From Rebecca billardiae RCC1528 (taxonomy: Eukaryota; Protista; Haptophyta), in contig OZ251226.1 of the NCBI GenBank assembly GCA_965240325.2, positions 1,984,001 to 2,048,000 on the forward strand: a stretch of DNA of 64,000 nucleotides, read 5' to 3'. The notes beneath the pieces are model-generated. The model saw nothing but the letters and a program-made list of their open reading frames with translations, was not told the DNA's origin and ran no database searches. A program made the position numbers and the translations under genes. Every line of letters begins with the position of its first letter. The stretch's first letter is position 1. Positions 1-12,871 of this stretch are shown in pieces.

Positions 1-205
1 CCGCAGCGGCGGGTGGCTCTGCAGCGGCAGGCGGGGCCTCTGACGCTGGCGATGGCTTCTTCACCTTGACGAGCCGCGGGGGCAGGCGGTACTCCTCGGG
101 CCCGTACTTGGACATCCAGCTCGCGCGGGTGGTGTGCTCTTTCTGAATGGACTTGTACCACTCGATCTGGCCATCAGGCGTCGCCAGGTTGATGGACGTC
201 GCCAT
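1..205 (-). CDS. 5' part of a small protein (not in the ORF track; runs off the left edge); weak resemblance to LLC1/C20orf85/C2orf50-type ciliary proteins
   Basis: Minus-strand ATG at 205 opens a stop-free frame to the edge: MATSINLATPDGQIEWYKSIQKEHTTRASWMSKYGPEEYRLPPRLVKVKKP..., with C/G third positions. The W-x(5)-KE-x(5)-W-x(3)-YG pattern recalls LLC1-like proteins. Confidence 0.6.
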   Translation of the reverse strand, partial: MATSINLATPDGQIEWYKSIQKEHTTRASWMSKYGPEEYRLPPRLVKVKKPSPASEAPPAAAEPPAAA

Positions 206-474
206 CTCTCTGGCGAGAGCGCGTGGCCAAGCTGCGCAGCTTGTGGTTGGCCTCGGCCGGCTCGCTCTCGGGGGTGCTCAGCCTTCAGGCGCACAGCGCG
301 CTCAAGACCTTGTAACGACCTCTTCCTGTAACGTGCACAGCCCAAGGGCCGCCACACAGCCGATATCTTTCCGCGCGAGCCGTTCACAGCCCTCGACTGA
401 GCGCCGTGCAGGCCGAGATCGAGCGGCTCGAGGCGTCCGGCCTCGAGCAGCGCGCGCTGCGGCTGCTGGACACG

Positions 475-1704
475 ATGGCGGACGAGCCGGTCCGCGCGGA
501 GTTCCTGGGCTCGGACGTCGAGCGGACGGGCGTGGACGTGGCGTATGATGAGGCGTGGACGGCGTATCAGAACAATCACTACGAGGAGGCTCTCGGCCGC
601 CTCGACGCGCTGCTCTCCGTTGTCTCTGATCACGAGCGCGCGCGCTTTGCGCGCGCCCTGTGCTACCTCAAGGTTGACAAGCCAATACGGGCGGAGGCCG
701 AGCTCAACCGGTACATCGCCGCGGTGCACAACAAGCGCGTGAACACGTGCGACGCGCTCTTCTACCGCGCGATGGCGCTGAACCGCCTGAGCTGGGTCCA
801 GCGCGCGCTGGCAGATCTAGATGTCGCGATCTCGTCCAAGCCCGGCTGCGTGAGCGGCTGCGCGTGCGGCATGTCGTGCAAGGCGGTCGAGGCGGTGCTG
901 GCGCGCTTTGCGATCCTCATCGATCCGGACGTGCGTCGCGAGTACGAGGCCAGCGGCGCCGCGGGCGGCGCGCCAGCCTCGGCGGGAGGCGTGGACGCGC
1001 CGGGCCGGCCGTCGGTTGACCCCGCCATGTTCACATACGACGCGCCCACATGGGTGGTGCCGATGCACCAGCTGAACGACGCGCTCGACCGCGCGGCCGC
1101 GCGCGACCGGGTGCCGCTGCTCATCGACGACTCGTCCGACCGCGCGCTCGACCAGTCCTTCCTGTACGTGAGCGCGACCATCGTCGAGATGAAGCGGTAC
1201 GTGATCGAGCTGCGCTCGGGCCGGGTGACGCTGGCCGCCATCCACGAGGACATGCGCTGCAAGCTGGTGCACGCAATGCGTCACGGGCACACGCTCGTGC
1301 TCCGGCTGGGCACGAGCGCGGCCGACCTGGTGCACAGGTTCTGCAACGACGAGTGCTTCCCGATCAACCTGCTGGTTGGGCACAACGCTGTGCGCCGCGG
1401 CGACAACCTGCGCGGGCAGCAGCTCGAGCGCGTGCTGCGCGCAGAGGACACCAACACGGGCATCTTCGTCGTCTCAGACGGCTTCCGCGTCCTCGTCACG
1501 TCCAACCTGCCACCTGCGCGCGTGGACGAGCTGCTCGCGGAGGCCCTTCCGCTCGAGCTCATGCAGCCCGTGCATGTCGTCACGGAGACGACCGTGCGCG
1601 ACGGGCGCGCCGGCGGCGTCACCGTCGAAGAGCTGACCGCGGCCGACCGGGCCAAGCAGCCGCAGCTTGAAGGCGACCGCCTGTCGCTGTTCCTGCAGAG
1701 CTGA
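475..1704 (+). CDS. TPR-repeat protein with a C-terminal dynein AAA5 (AAA_9)-like domain
   Basis: TPR-like helices (AWTAYQNNHYEEALGRLD; ARFARALCYLKVDK; ALFYRAMALNRL..ALADLDVAI). C-terminal RVPLLIDD...LVHAMRHGHTLVLRLG...FRVLVTSNLP mirrors the PLLIDP..LENAIRFG..FRLYLTTKLP pattern. First ATG is 475, but the frame is open and coding-like from 406-412, so the start is uncertain. Confidence 0.75.
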   Translation: MADEPVRAEFLGSDVERTGVDVAYDEAWTAYQNNHYEEALGRLDALLSVVSDHERARFARALCYLKVDKPIRAEAELNRYIAAVHNKRVNTCDALFYRAMALNRLSWVQRALADLDVAISSKPGCVSGCACGMSCKAVEAVLARFAILIDPDVRREYEASGAAGGAPASAGGVDAPGRPSVDPAMFTYDAPTWVVPMHQLNDALDRAAARDRVPLLIDDSSDRALDQSFLYVSATIVEMKRYVIELRSGRVTLAAIHEDMRCKLVHAMRHGHTLVLRLGTSAADLVHRFCNDECFPINLLVGHNAVRRGDNLRGQQLERVLRAEDTNTGIFVVSDGFRVLVTSNLPPARVDELLAEALPLELMQPVHVVTETTVRDGRAGGVTVEELTAADRAKQPQLEGDRLSLFLQS

Positions 1705-2142
1705 GATCAATCAGCGGTCAGAGGAATACGCCGAGCAACGGAGAGTAGTTCGCGACGTCTACTCGTATCGGATTATATTCGGCCTGCGATTATTAGTCGT
1801 GATGAACGTATACTGAACGTTAAGATGGCTGTCCGAATTTGATGAATCACTGACATTGATTAATTATGATAGACACTAGACAGACTCTGCTGCCAACGTT
1901 CGCGGCGGTACAATGGTCATCTGCCTCTTGACTTCGCGGCGATCGTCGGTAGGGAATTGTGGAGCAGCTGATCCTAGGTCTGGGGGATCCGTTATTTATT
2001 AGTTATTACCGAATCCGAAGGCGGCGTGGGTCCACGATCTGAGTGCGGCAGCCAGTCGAGTGAGTCAGTGCGCGCATCATCAACGCGCGCAGCCCGGTGC
2101 TGTGAAGGCGCGGAGCATGAAAGCCCGCGAGGCGTCGGCTCC

Positions 2143-2553
2143 TCAGGGGAAGGGCGTGTGGACCGGCAGGTTCAGCACGGATCGGAAGGGCGGGTAGTCA
2201 TACGTGATGACTTGCCTGAAGCTGTCAAAGATGGGGCTGCCGCCGATGATGCCGATGTCGTTGAGCGTCTGCTTGAGCTCAATGTCGATGAGCTTTTCTG
2301 TCACGACCTCCTCGCCGAGGTACAGCCGAAGACCCTTAATGCCCACCGAGTGGCGTGCCTGCAGCTGCTGCACGATCTTGGAGACCGGCTCGTCGACCGA
2401 CATGCGCGTGGTGAATCGCATCGACTTCCACGTGGCGTTGCAGATCTCCACGTTCACATATTTTGTGGGTGGGGGTGCCTTCACGTCCTCCTTCGCGGCG
2501 TCGCTCTTCTTCTTCTTCTTCTTCCCACCGGTGGCCTTCTTCTTTGCCGGCAT
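2143..2553 (-). CDS. Small (136 aa) protein with Lys-rich N-terminus and probable ubiquitin-like beta-grasp domain
   Basis: MPAKKKATGGKKKKKK...YVNVEICNATWKSMRFTTRMSVDEPVSKIVQQLQARH..LRLYLG...KQTLNDIGI..VITYDY. Spacing and the TLxDxGI motif are ubiquitin-like. It is the last 136 codons of track ORF 2143..3726. Confidence 0.75.
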   Translation of the reverse strand: MPAKKKATGGKKKKKKSDAAKEDVKAPPPTKYVNVEICNATWKSMRFTTRMSVDEPVSKIVQQLQARHSVGIKGLRLYLGEEVVTEKLIDIELKQTLNDIGIIGGSPIFDSFRQVITYDYPPFRSVLNLPVHTPFP

Positions 2554-2805
2554 TCCGCTCGGCTGGGACGGGCACTCGCACTGGGCAGGTGGGGCGCGAG
2601 CGGGGTGTTTCACGAGTGTTCCGCCGCCATGGGCTACAGTACGCTCTACACTGGGTTCGGTAACGACCGTAGTAACGAAAATCGGCAGCCATCCTGACGT
2701 GGCGCGGCCCCGGACTCGCGCCAATCGACACGGCGGTGGAGCGCCGCCCGCCGCGAGGGGCTCCCTCCCCCACGGGCCGCGCCCACGCGCGCGCCAGCGG
2801 GCGCC

Positions 2806-5800
2806 ATGGAGGCGCCCCTCTTCTCGACCAACCTGGACAACTCCAAGCTGAGCGTGGACACCATCGTCACCGACAACAAGTCGGTGCTCACCCGCTTCGA
2901 GCTGCAGTCGCACGCGGACGTCAGGCTGCGCATCGAGCTGCGCTCGACGATGGGCGAGCAGCTCGGCTTCCAGAACACGAACGCGAACGTGGTGGGCGAG
3001 ACGGAGGAGTCGGAGGAGTCGGACGACGACTACAACGAGCTCTTCAATCAGGTCAACCAGATCGACCACGTCGAGCTCGGCCCGCGCGAGGCGCAGACGG
3101 TGATCGTCACCTTCCGGCCGCGCTCGCTGCAGCAGAGCTCGCTGCAGCACAGTTACGGCTTCGAGCGCGACGGCGACTTCGTCGAGCCGAGCCGGCAGCT
3201 GGGCAGCGCGTTCAGCGGGCACGCGCTCGCGTGGGGCCCCAAGCAGCAGTACCACATCAGCGAGTGCACGGGCACCATCTTCTTGCACGCGCGCGAGATC
3301 GGCGACGGCGCCGGTGGGCCCGCGGCTGAGCCGGAGGCGGACGTGCGGCAGCAGCAGCTGGTGCTCGAGTTCGTCGCGCGCGTGTGCTCGTCGGTGCTGG
3401 CGACGGACGTGCGCGAGCTGATCCTCGACGAGTGCGCGCCCGGCCGCACCTCCGTCAAGGACTTCACCATCTGGAACCGCTCCGAGGTGCCGGTGCAGTA
3501 CGCGCTGCGCTCCAAGGACGGTCGCGGCGAGCTCGCGTTCGCGGCGTACGACACAGGCGAGCCGATCGACGACGAGTCGGACGGCGGGCGCGAGATCCGC
3601 GGGTTTTCGCACGAGCGCATCCGGCTGACCTACGCCCCGCCCGCCGACGCGAGCGGCGAGCTCGTGTACACGGTCGAGGTTGAGAACCTTCTCAACCTGC
3701 AGAACGTGGCGAGCATCGCGGTGCACTGCACGGTCAACGCGGTCGCGGTGCAGGAGACTCTAGCCGTGATGGCGGGGGACGCGCCCGTCTCGATCCTCGA
3801 CTTTGGCGACTGCTACGCCATGGCGATGACGTCGCGGCTCATCACGCTGCGCAACGTCTCCGACGCGCCCCTCGACGTCAGCCTCCACACCGACCTGCCG
3901 CACGAGCTCGGCTTCGAGCTGCGCACGGAGACGTTCGCGCGCCGCGGCGGCGCGCCGCGCTCGGGCGGCTCGTGCGTCGGCTCGCTCGACTCGGGCGACT
4001 CGCTGGACGACGGCGAGGGGGACGACGACGAGCCGGAGGCCATCGCCGAGCGCGAGGCGATGGCGTCGCTCGCCGCGCGCGGCGCGACGGTCGTCGGCGC
4101 CCCGCGCACGCCGACCGCACCGCGCGCTCTCGCGGTGACGCCGCCCTCGCCCTCGACGCCCGCGAGCGAGCGCGGCGGCGCGCGCGGCGGGCGCACGCCG
4201 CGCACGCCGCCGGCCGACGGGCTCGACGACCTCTCGCCGCCGCCGCTCGGCGCGGTGGGCCCCGGCCTGCGCCGCTCGTCCGGCTCGCTGCGCATGCGCG
4301 GCGCCGCCGACCGCCCCGGCGGCGCGCTCGGCGGGCCGAGCGAGGACGAGGGCGGCGGCGGCGGCGGCGGCGCGGCGGGCGGCAGTCGCGCCGAGGCGCA
4401 CGGCTGCGATCCGAGCGCCGGCGGCGCGGCGGCGCTCGAGCCGTACCGCCCTTCGGGCCCGCGGCGCATCGACGCGAGCGGGCGCGCGCGCGACGCGCAC
4501 AAGCTCGGCGCCGCGAGCGGCGCCGGCCCGAAGCACCGCATCGAGGAGCTCACGCTCGAGCCGGGCCGGGAGGCAGAGCTGTGGGTTCGCTACACGCCGC
4601 GCGCGAGCACGCCGCGTGACGGCGGCGGCGCGTCCGACGGCGCCGCGGCCGCGGCGGCGGACTCGGCGCTGGACGAGAGCGGGAGCTCGCCGCCGCCGGG
4701 CGTGGGCGCGGCCGACGCCGTGCCCGAGCTCAGCGTGCAGCTCATGCGCCGCACCTTCCGCCTCACCTTCAAAGTCGCGTCGGCGGGGACGGTCCAACCT
4801 TTGATGCGCTCGATCGCGTGCGTCGCGCGCGTGTGCACGTCCGTGGTACGCGCCGCCAAGCCCGAGGTGCACTTCGGCGAGGTGGACGTGCTGTCGGCGC
4901 GCACGGCGGTGGTGAAGGTGGAGAATCTCGCCGAGCTCCCCGCGCACGTCGCCGTCCAGTTCCACTCCAAGGCGCTCCGCTGCCGCGAGGAGTCGTTCCA
5001 CGTGCCCGCGCGCGGCACACACGAGCTGCTCTTCGACTTCCGCCCGCGCCGGCCGAACGCGGCCTACTCGAAGCAGGTGACGCTGGTGAACACGCGGAAC
5101 CGGCACAACGAGGTGACGCTCTCCTTCTTCTCCAACAACATCGACCCGCACAACGTCTCGATCCACCAGCTCTTCTACCGCCTCGCCCTCGGCTCGCCCC
5201 TGCTATCGCCGGCGGCGCTCGTCGCGTCGGCCGCGGGCGCGCCCGGCGGCGGCGGCTCGCTCGGCGGCGGCGGCGCGAAGCACAAGCTGCTGCCGGCCCT
5301 CGGCGCGCACGCGCACATGCACGCGCGCTCGGCGGGGCCGGGCGGCGTGCCGCCCGCCGGCGCCGCCGGCGGCAGCAGCACCGGCGGCGCCGGCGGCGCC
5401 GCCGGCTCGGGCGGCGCCCGCCCGGATGAGGCGGGCGCGCTCAACGCCGGCGTGCCGTTCGAAGACGTGATCGAGCACGCCGCGTCGGTGCGGCTGCTCA
5501 CCGTGACGAACATCACGGCGAAGGTGCTCGCTCTTAGGCTCGACTCGTCGGCGCCCGCCGACGTGGCCGTGTACTCGCTCGCGGCCGCGCGCGCGCCGCG
5601 CGCCGCGAGCGCGCGCGAGGGCGAGGCCGTCCCCGGTGCGAGCGCGCTCGGCGCGCCGCTCGCCCTCGCCCAGCCGCCGCGCGCCGCGTGCGCCGCGCCG
5701 CTCGGCGTGGCGTGCGGCGGCGTTGGCGGGGGCGGCGTGAGCGCGGGCGCGCCGCCCGAGCTCCCGCCGCCCCCGCTCTCGCTCAGCCCTTCAGGCACGT

Positions 5801-7452
5801 CGAGCGCTTGCGGCTTCTCAGCACAGCTCGAGCGCATCCGGCGCGGGCGGGTGCAAACCGACAAGCGCGAGCTGCTGCTCGAGTCGATGGAGGAGCGGCG
5901 GGTGCGGCCGCCGATGCAGGGCGCGGCGCCGGGCGGGCCGCAGGGGAGCGTGGGCGGCGCGGGCGGCGGCGCGGGCGGCGGCGCGGGCGGCGCGGAGGTC
6001 GGCGGCGGCGACGGCGCGGCCAGCTCGGTCGCATCAGCGGCGGGCGTCGCAGGTGGCTCTTCAGACGGCGTGCGCGCGCACCTGTCGAGGCTCAGCCTCG
6101 ACCTGGCTCTGTACCAGCACACGCCCATCTCGAGCGGGCTGGGTGGTGGTGGCGGCGCTGGCGGCGGCGCCGCCGCCGCAGGCGCTCCGTCGCTCTCGGC
6201 GGCCGCGCACACCGCCGCCGCTGCAAACGCCGCGGCGGCGGCGGGCGGCGGCGGCGCCGACGGCGGCTGGGAAGGCGGCGCGGACGCGCCGCGCGCGCGC
6301 TCGGGGTCTGCGACCTCGCGCATGCTCAACCTGCTCCTCGGCGGCTCGGCCGCGGGTGGCGCCGCCGCGGTCTCCGTCTCCGCCCCGAAGGACCTCGGCT
6401 CGCCCGGCTGCTGCGGCGGCGGCGCCGTCTCCGCCGCGGCGGGCGGGAGCGACCCCACAGACGGCGGTCCGTCGCGTGCCTCGCCGTTCTCGTCGCGCTC
6501 CGGCACGCCGCCGCACGGCGCGGGGGGCTCGGCCAGCGCGGACGGCGGCGCCGCCGGCGCTACCGCTCGCAGCGTGCACGGCTTTGGAAGCGTGCCCGGC
6601 GGCGGCGGCAGCGGCGGCGGCGCGGAGGGCGTCGGCGGCGCAGCCGCCGTGCCGCTGCGGCTGCAGCGGCAGTCGTCGTTACCGAACCTGACCGACGCGG
6701 CCGACGGCGGCGCGGACGCGCTCGACGGCGGTGCAAGGGCGGAGGCGGGCGCGCGCGCGGTGGGCGCCGACGCGGCGCGCTCGGCCGGTGGCGTCGGCGC
6801 GTGGAACGCGAGCGGGCCGGCCAGTCCGAGTGGCGCGGCGCCCGCGGCGCGCGGCGGCAGCCCGGGAGCCGCCGCCGATCTCGCCGAGTCTGCCGCCGCC
6901 GGCACCGCCGCCGTAGGCGCGGGCGCGGGCAGGCCCGGTGGCGGCGGCGGCGGGGCCGTGGCGCGCGTGGTCGCGCGCTCGCGCGAGGCTCCGTGGTCGG
7001 ACGGCAGTCGGCCGGCGGGCGGCGTGGCCGCGGCGGGCGCGGGCGCACTCATCGCGGAGGGCGCAGGCGGCGCGCGCGGCGGGTCGGGCGAGGCTGGCCA
7101 GCCCGCGGGCGGGCTCGTGCTCGGCGTGACCGAGCTGCGCTTCCTGTGCGAGGCGTGCGCGGAGGTGCACGCGCAGCCGAGGGCCGTGCACGCCGCCTCG
7201 CTCGCCGTGAAGGCGGTCGGGCACCACGCGGGCCAGCGGCAATTCTCCTCACACGCCCTCTCGTGCAAGCTGGGCGCAGCCATGCTGGCGTGGCGCCGCG
7301 CAAAGGCGTCGGCGGCGGCGCCCACCGAGATCGCCGCGGCCGCGGCCGACGCCGTGCTGCGCGGCGCGCGGGACGACGACCTGGAGGCGCGCTTGGAAGC
7401 CAGATTCGCCTCGGCGAGCTCGGGGCCAGACGGCGGCGGCGCGGCGGCGCTC

Positions 7453-7500
<48 letters not shown>

Positions 7501-9363
7501 GGCGGCGGCGGCGCGGCGCCGTCGAGCGCCGAGCTGGAGGAAGGTGTCGTGCGGCTGGTCGGGCTGATCCACTCGCTGGTCGAGCGCGCGCTGCTCGACG
7601 GCGCGCTCGTGCCGCTGCGCACCCTCGCGCTCGAGCCCGCCGAGAGCGCGGACGTGGTCGTTGTCGTGTATGCGAGCGGCGCGGCGGCGCTGGAACAAGA
7701 GGCGGCGGCGGCAGCGGCGGCGGCCGCGGCGGCGGCGGCAGCGGCGCGCAGCGGCGCGGGCGCGGGCGCGGTGGCGGGCGCGCGCGAAGGGTCGCCGCCC
7801 GCGCGCGCGCCCGCGGCGGACGAGGGCGCGGCGTGCGCGACGGCGCTCGCCGCGCCCGTCGGCGGCGCCGGCGCGCACGCGGCCGGTGGCGGCGGCGGCG
7901 GCGGCGCGCACGGCGGCGCGTCCGCGCTCTCAGGCCCACGGCCGTTGTCGGAGCAGCTGCACATTCGGATGCTGCAGTACGACGACCACGTGTTCAGGGA
8001 CCACCAGCGCCGGATGGAGAAGCGCGCGTCGATCGCGTGGCGCCCGCTCCGCCTCGTGCCCGAGCAGGGCGGCTCGGCGGCGCTCGCACAGACGCCCGCA
8101 CCCGTGCCCACCTCTCCGCCGGTGCGCTCGCTGCCGCTCACCGGCCGCGTCGTCCGCTCTCGGCTTGGCATCGACCAGCGGCACATCAACTTCGGCACGC
8201 GGATGGCGGGGGACAACACCGAGCGCACGCTCGTGCTGCACAACCGCTCGGCCGTGCCGCTCGTCTTCAAGCTGATCAAGACGGGCTCGAACGCGTCGTT
8301 CGACCTTCACGTCTCGCGCAGCGCGCGGCACGGCATCATCCGGCCGCACTCGTCGCGGCCGCTGCAGCTCGCCTTCAGGCCGACGCTTCCGGGCACGTTC
8401 CTCGACACGCTGTCGGTGCTGAACGTGCTCGACCCGACGGACCGGGTGGTGATCAGCGTGAAGGCCTTCGTCGCGCGGCGCGGCACCTTCGCCGCCACGC
8501 TCGCCGGCGGCGGCACCACCGTCGACTTTGGCTCGTGTTCGCCCGGCGAGCGCTCGCCGTGCGCCGCGCGGCTGCTGCTGACTAACACCACCAAGGGGCG
8601 GCGCACCTACCTGGTCTGCCTGGACGAGGGCGCGCTCGCGCTCGGCGCGGCGGACGCGGGCGAGGCGGCGCGCGCCGCGGCGCGCGCGCTCGCGCCCGAC
8701 GGCCTGAGCGGCACCCTCGAGGTCGACCTCGTCTCGACCGCGCCCGCGCCGGGCGCGGCGGGCGGCGCGGGCGGCGCGGGCGGCGCGGCGGGCGCGGGCG
8801 TCGACGAGACGTCACGCGCCGAGCGGGTGGAGCACCTCGAGCGGAAGATCCGGATCGCGCAGCGCAAGGGGAAGCCGGAGAAGGCGGAGAAGCTCGCGCG
8901 GCAGCTGCGCGTGCTGCTCTCCGGCGGCGCGCCCGACGGCGAGCCCGCCCCCTCCGACACGGACGCGAACGAATCAGACGTGGGCGTGTCAGAATCAGAC
9001 GACGAGGGCGCGCTGCGCGCGCGCTCGCGCTCGCCCGCGCCGATCGCGCGGCGCACGGCGTCGACGTCGGGCGGCGCGGCGGCGCACGGCGCGAGCGGCG
9101 GCGCCGGCCGCGCCGCGCACCTCGTGCGCATCGCCGTCGACGGCCTCACGATGCAGACGCTCGACGTCGTGCTTCGACTCAGCCTGCGCCCGCCGGCCGC
9201 GGCCGCGGTCGCCGCTGCGGCCGGCGGCGCGCACGCGTGCGCTGACGCCGGCTCGCCGGCCCTGCACCTGAGCACGGGCGTGCTCGCGGTGCGCGGCCGG
9301 CTGCTCGTGTACGACGGCCGCGACGCGCCGAGCGCCGGCACGGCTGTGGCCGCGCCCGCGCCC

Positions 9364-9394
<31 letters not shown>

Positions 9395-12300
9395 GAGCAT
9401 GTGCGGCGGGCGACGGCGGCGGCGGCGGCGGCGGCGCAGCCGCTGACGGCGGCGAGTCGAGCGGCCGCGTGGCCTTCGCGTTCTGCGCCGAGCTGAACAC
9501 TGCGAGCGAAGGGATCCACTCGCCCCTGATGCGCGGCGGCGCTGGCCCCGGGCCGCTCGCCGCGGGCGCCGGCGGCAGCTCGCTCGTCCCGCGTGACGCG
9601 CGCTACCGCTCAGCCGCCTCGGCGTCGCTCCACTCGCCTTTCGGGCACCAGCACGCGCCTGCGATGATCGCGCCGCTCGTGCTGCCCGGCGCGGAGGGCG
9701 GGGAGGGCGCGGCGCGCGAGCCGGGCGCGGAGGGCGGCGCCACGCTGCTCGGACGACGCTCGCCCGCGGACGCGCACGCCGCCGACGCCGTACCGCCGCC
9801 GCCGCTCTCGCCGCTGCGGCGCGGCGGCGGCGCCGCCGACGCGGCGGGCGGCGCGGGCGGCGCGGGCGGCGCGGGCGGTGCGGGCGGTGCGACAGCTGGC
9901 TGCAGCCTCCTGGGCTCTCTGCATGCCGGCGCCGGCGGGGCGGCAGGGGCGCAGGGTGGCTCGGCGGGCATGCCCGCGGCGCAGTCACTCCTCACCGCCG
10001 CGCTGCGCGCGCACAGCCTCGGCTCCACGCCCGGCGCCGCGGCCAGCGCGGACAGCGCTCGCTCTGCGGACTGCGGCAGCAGCGGCGCCGCCGTCGCCGC
10101 GGCCGGCGCCAACGCCGCCAACGCCGCCAACGCCGCCGCTACCGTGGCCGGCGGCGGCGCGGCCGGCGCGGGCGCCGAGTGTGCGAGTGCGGAGCAGCCG
10201 CGGCTGCGCCGAGCGCGCGAGGACGTGCCCGGCCCCGATCCGGAGGACGGCGCCGCGCCGCGCCTCGGCCTCCGGAAGGAGCGGAGGTGGACAGAGCCGT
10301 CGCCCGAGCTCGTGTCTGGCAGGGCGGTGCACGCGGTGCGCGGTGCGCGCGAGCGCGAGGCTGCGGAGTGCCGCGGCGCGCTGCTCGCGCGCTCGTTCTC
10401 GGCGCTCTCCGACGGCGACGGCGACGAGAACTCCACGTCGTGCTCCGGCGGGCGCGAGGCGGACGAGCTCGAGCTCGGCTACGACGACGACGACGAACGA
10501 GGTGCCTCCGAAGGCTCGGATGAGGATGAGTTCATGCGCCGCGGCCGCGCGCGCACGGAGGCGGGGCTCTCGATGCCCTCCTCCCTGACGCACTCGCCGC
10601 GCACGCGGCGCGTGACGAGGCGCGAGGACGCGGACGCGGCCGCCGCCGCATACGGCCGCAGCGCGCCGGGCACGCCCGAGGCCGCGGTGCCCGCGCCGCT
10701 GCTGCCACCGGGCGACCGCGCGCTCGACTCGCCGCCGCGCGGCAGCCGTCTGCGCGGCTGCGGCCACAGCATCTGCGGCTCCGCGCCGGTGACGCCGATC
10801 GAGCGGCGGCGCTCGGCGGAGGTGGAGGGCGCGCTGCCATTCGCGTGGGCCGCCGCCGTCGCCGAGCCGCCGGCCGGCACCACCTCCATCTCTCGGTTGC
10901 TCGGCGCGCGCTCGCCGCCGCGCGCGGGCGCGCCCGCGGCGGCGGCGGCGGCGGCAACGGCTGCTGGCGTCTCCCCCGAGGAGCGGCGAGCGGCGGTGCG
11001 CCGGCTGATGCTGAACCTGTCTGCCGGACGCGGCGGCGGCGCGCACAAGCTCAAGCGGCTCCGCCGCGCGCTGCGCCGCGGCGCGCAGCTGCCTGAGAGC
11101 GAGACCGGCTCGGACGGGTCACCGAGGTCGCGCGTGCGGCCGACGGTGGCCGCGGAGCTAGCAGCGCACCGCGCGCGCAAGGCGGCCGCGCTCGAGGGCG
11201 CGGATGGCGCCGCGCCTGCCGCCGCCGCCGCCGCCGCGCCCGGCGCGGGCGGCGGCGCGGCCCACGCCGGGCCCGCTGCCGCGGCCGAGCGCGGCGGCGG
11301 CGGTGGCGGTCCGCGCGCCGCGCACGGCGGCGCGGGCTGCTACACTGCGGCTGTAACACTGTCCGCGGCGGCGGCGGCGGCGGCGGCGAGCGCCGCGCCG
11401 CCGGGCTCGCCGCCGGGCCCGCCGATCGCGCTCGAGCCCGCAGACCTCACGCTGCCCCCGCAGACCGCCGCGACCACCAACCTCGCGTCCTTCCGCCTGC
11501 GCAACACGACGCGGCACACGGTTACTTTCGTCCTACTCAAGGAGACCATGGCTGACGACCCGACGGCGGCCGGAGGCGGCCCGGCGGGCCACGGCGACGT
11601 GATCCAGCTCGGGCACACGCACGGGCACATCCCGCCCGCGTCGGACGCGCCCGCGTCCGACGGCGCGCCCGCCGGCTCGGACGGCACGTGCGAGATCGCG
11701 CTGCGCATCACGCCCTCCGACGCCCTCGGCCGGCGCAGGCAGCGAGTCACCGTGCGCTGCCTCGGGTTCCTCGCGCCTGGCTCGGGCGGCGTGCCGGGCG
11801 CGCTCGTGCCGGCGCGGCGCGGCGCGGCCGGCTCGGAGGACCGGTTCCCGTACAACGCGACGCTCACGCTGAGCTACAACGTCGTGCACCCGCCGTACCT
11901 TGAGTTCCCGGAGCTCTCGCGGTGCGCGCCCGCCGCGGGCGGCGGCGGCGGCGGCGCGAGCGCGGCCAGCGCGGCCAGCGCGGTGCAGGATGGCGGCGGC
12001 GGCGGTCCGGCGGCAGCTTCGGGCGCGGCGGGCGGCTCGGGCTACGAGCTCGCCCTGGGCCAGTGCTACGTGAACGCCGCGATGCAGCCCGCCGACGCGG
12101 CGGGCGGGGTGCCGCCGCCGGCCGTGCGCGTGCGTCCCGTGCGCGTGCGCAACGTCCGCGATCTGCCCGTGACCCTCTCCGCCGCTTCGAACACGAAGCA
12201 ACTTGGGATCTACCTGGACGAGGCGCGCACGCGCGTGGCGAGCGCGGTGCGCGTGAGCGCGCGCGAGGAGTGCGCCCTGTACGTCTGCCTCCAGCCCAAC

Positions 12301-12828
12301 CTACCCCCCGACGTGTACGCCGGCCGCGCCGCGCCGCGCTCGTTCGTCGGCGGTGTTCACGTCCGAGTGCATGCGGCCGCGGCCGGCGCGGCCGGCGCGG
12401 CGGGCGGCGGCGGCGGTGGCGGCGGCGGCGGCGGCGGCGCGGCGGACGAGTCGGAGCGCGAGCCCGATGCGAGCACGCTCGGCGCCGTCGTCGAGGAGCA
12501 CGTGCTGCGCATCTCTGCGACGATCGGCCGAGCGCTCCTCCGCTCGGCGGAGTCGTTCATCGACCTCGGCCGCAGCGCGCGCGTCGGCGTGCCCGTGCGT
12601 GGGATCATGTGCCTCTCGAACGAGGTGCCGGCGATGCCGCTGCACTGGGCGGTGGAGACGGCGCTCGTGCGCGCGCGCGGCGGCGCAGAGGGCGGCGGCG
12701 CCGACCACGCCGCGGCCGACGCCGCGCCGCCGCCCAGCTGTGTCGTCGAGCCCGCCGCCCTCGCAGGTGTGCTCGTGGCTGATCCGCTAGCGGGCGGCGG
12801 CGGCGGCGGCGCGGCGGCGGCGGCCACT

Positions 12829-12871
<43 letters not shown>

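Noticed and set aside
147-411. Upstream exon 147/192-311 plus intron 312-411 for the TPR gene
   Set aside because: It keeps the frame, but the donor GTAACG differs from the GTGCG seen in all other introns and the exon would overlap the better-looking minus-strand gene at 205. Not excluded.
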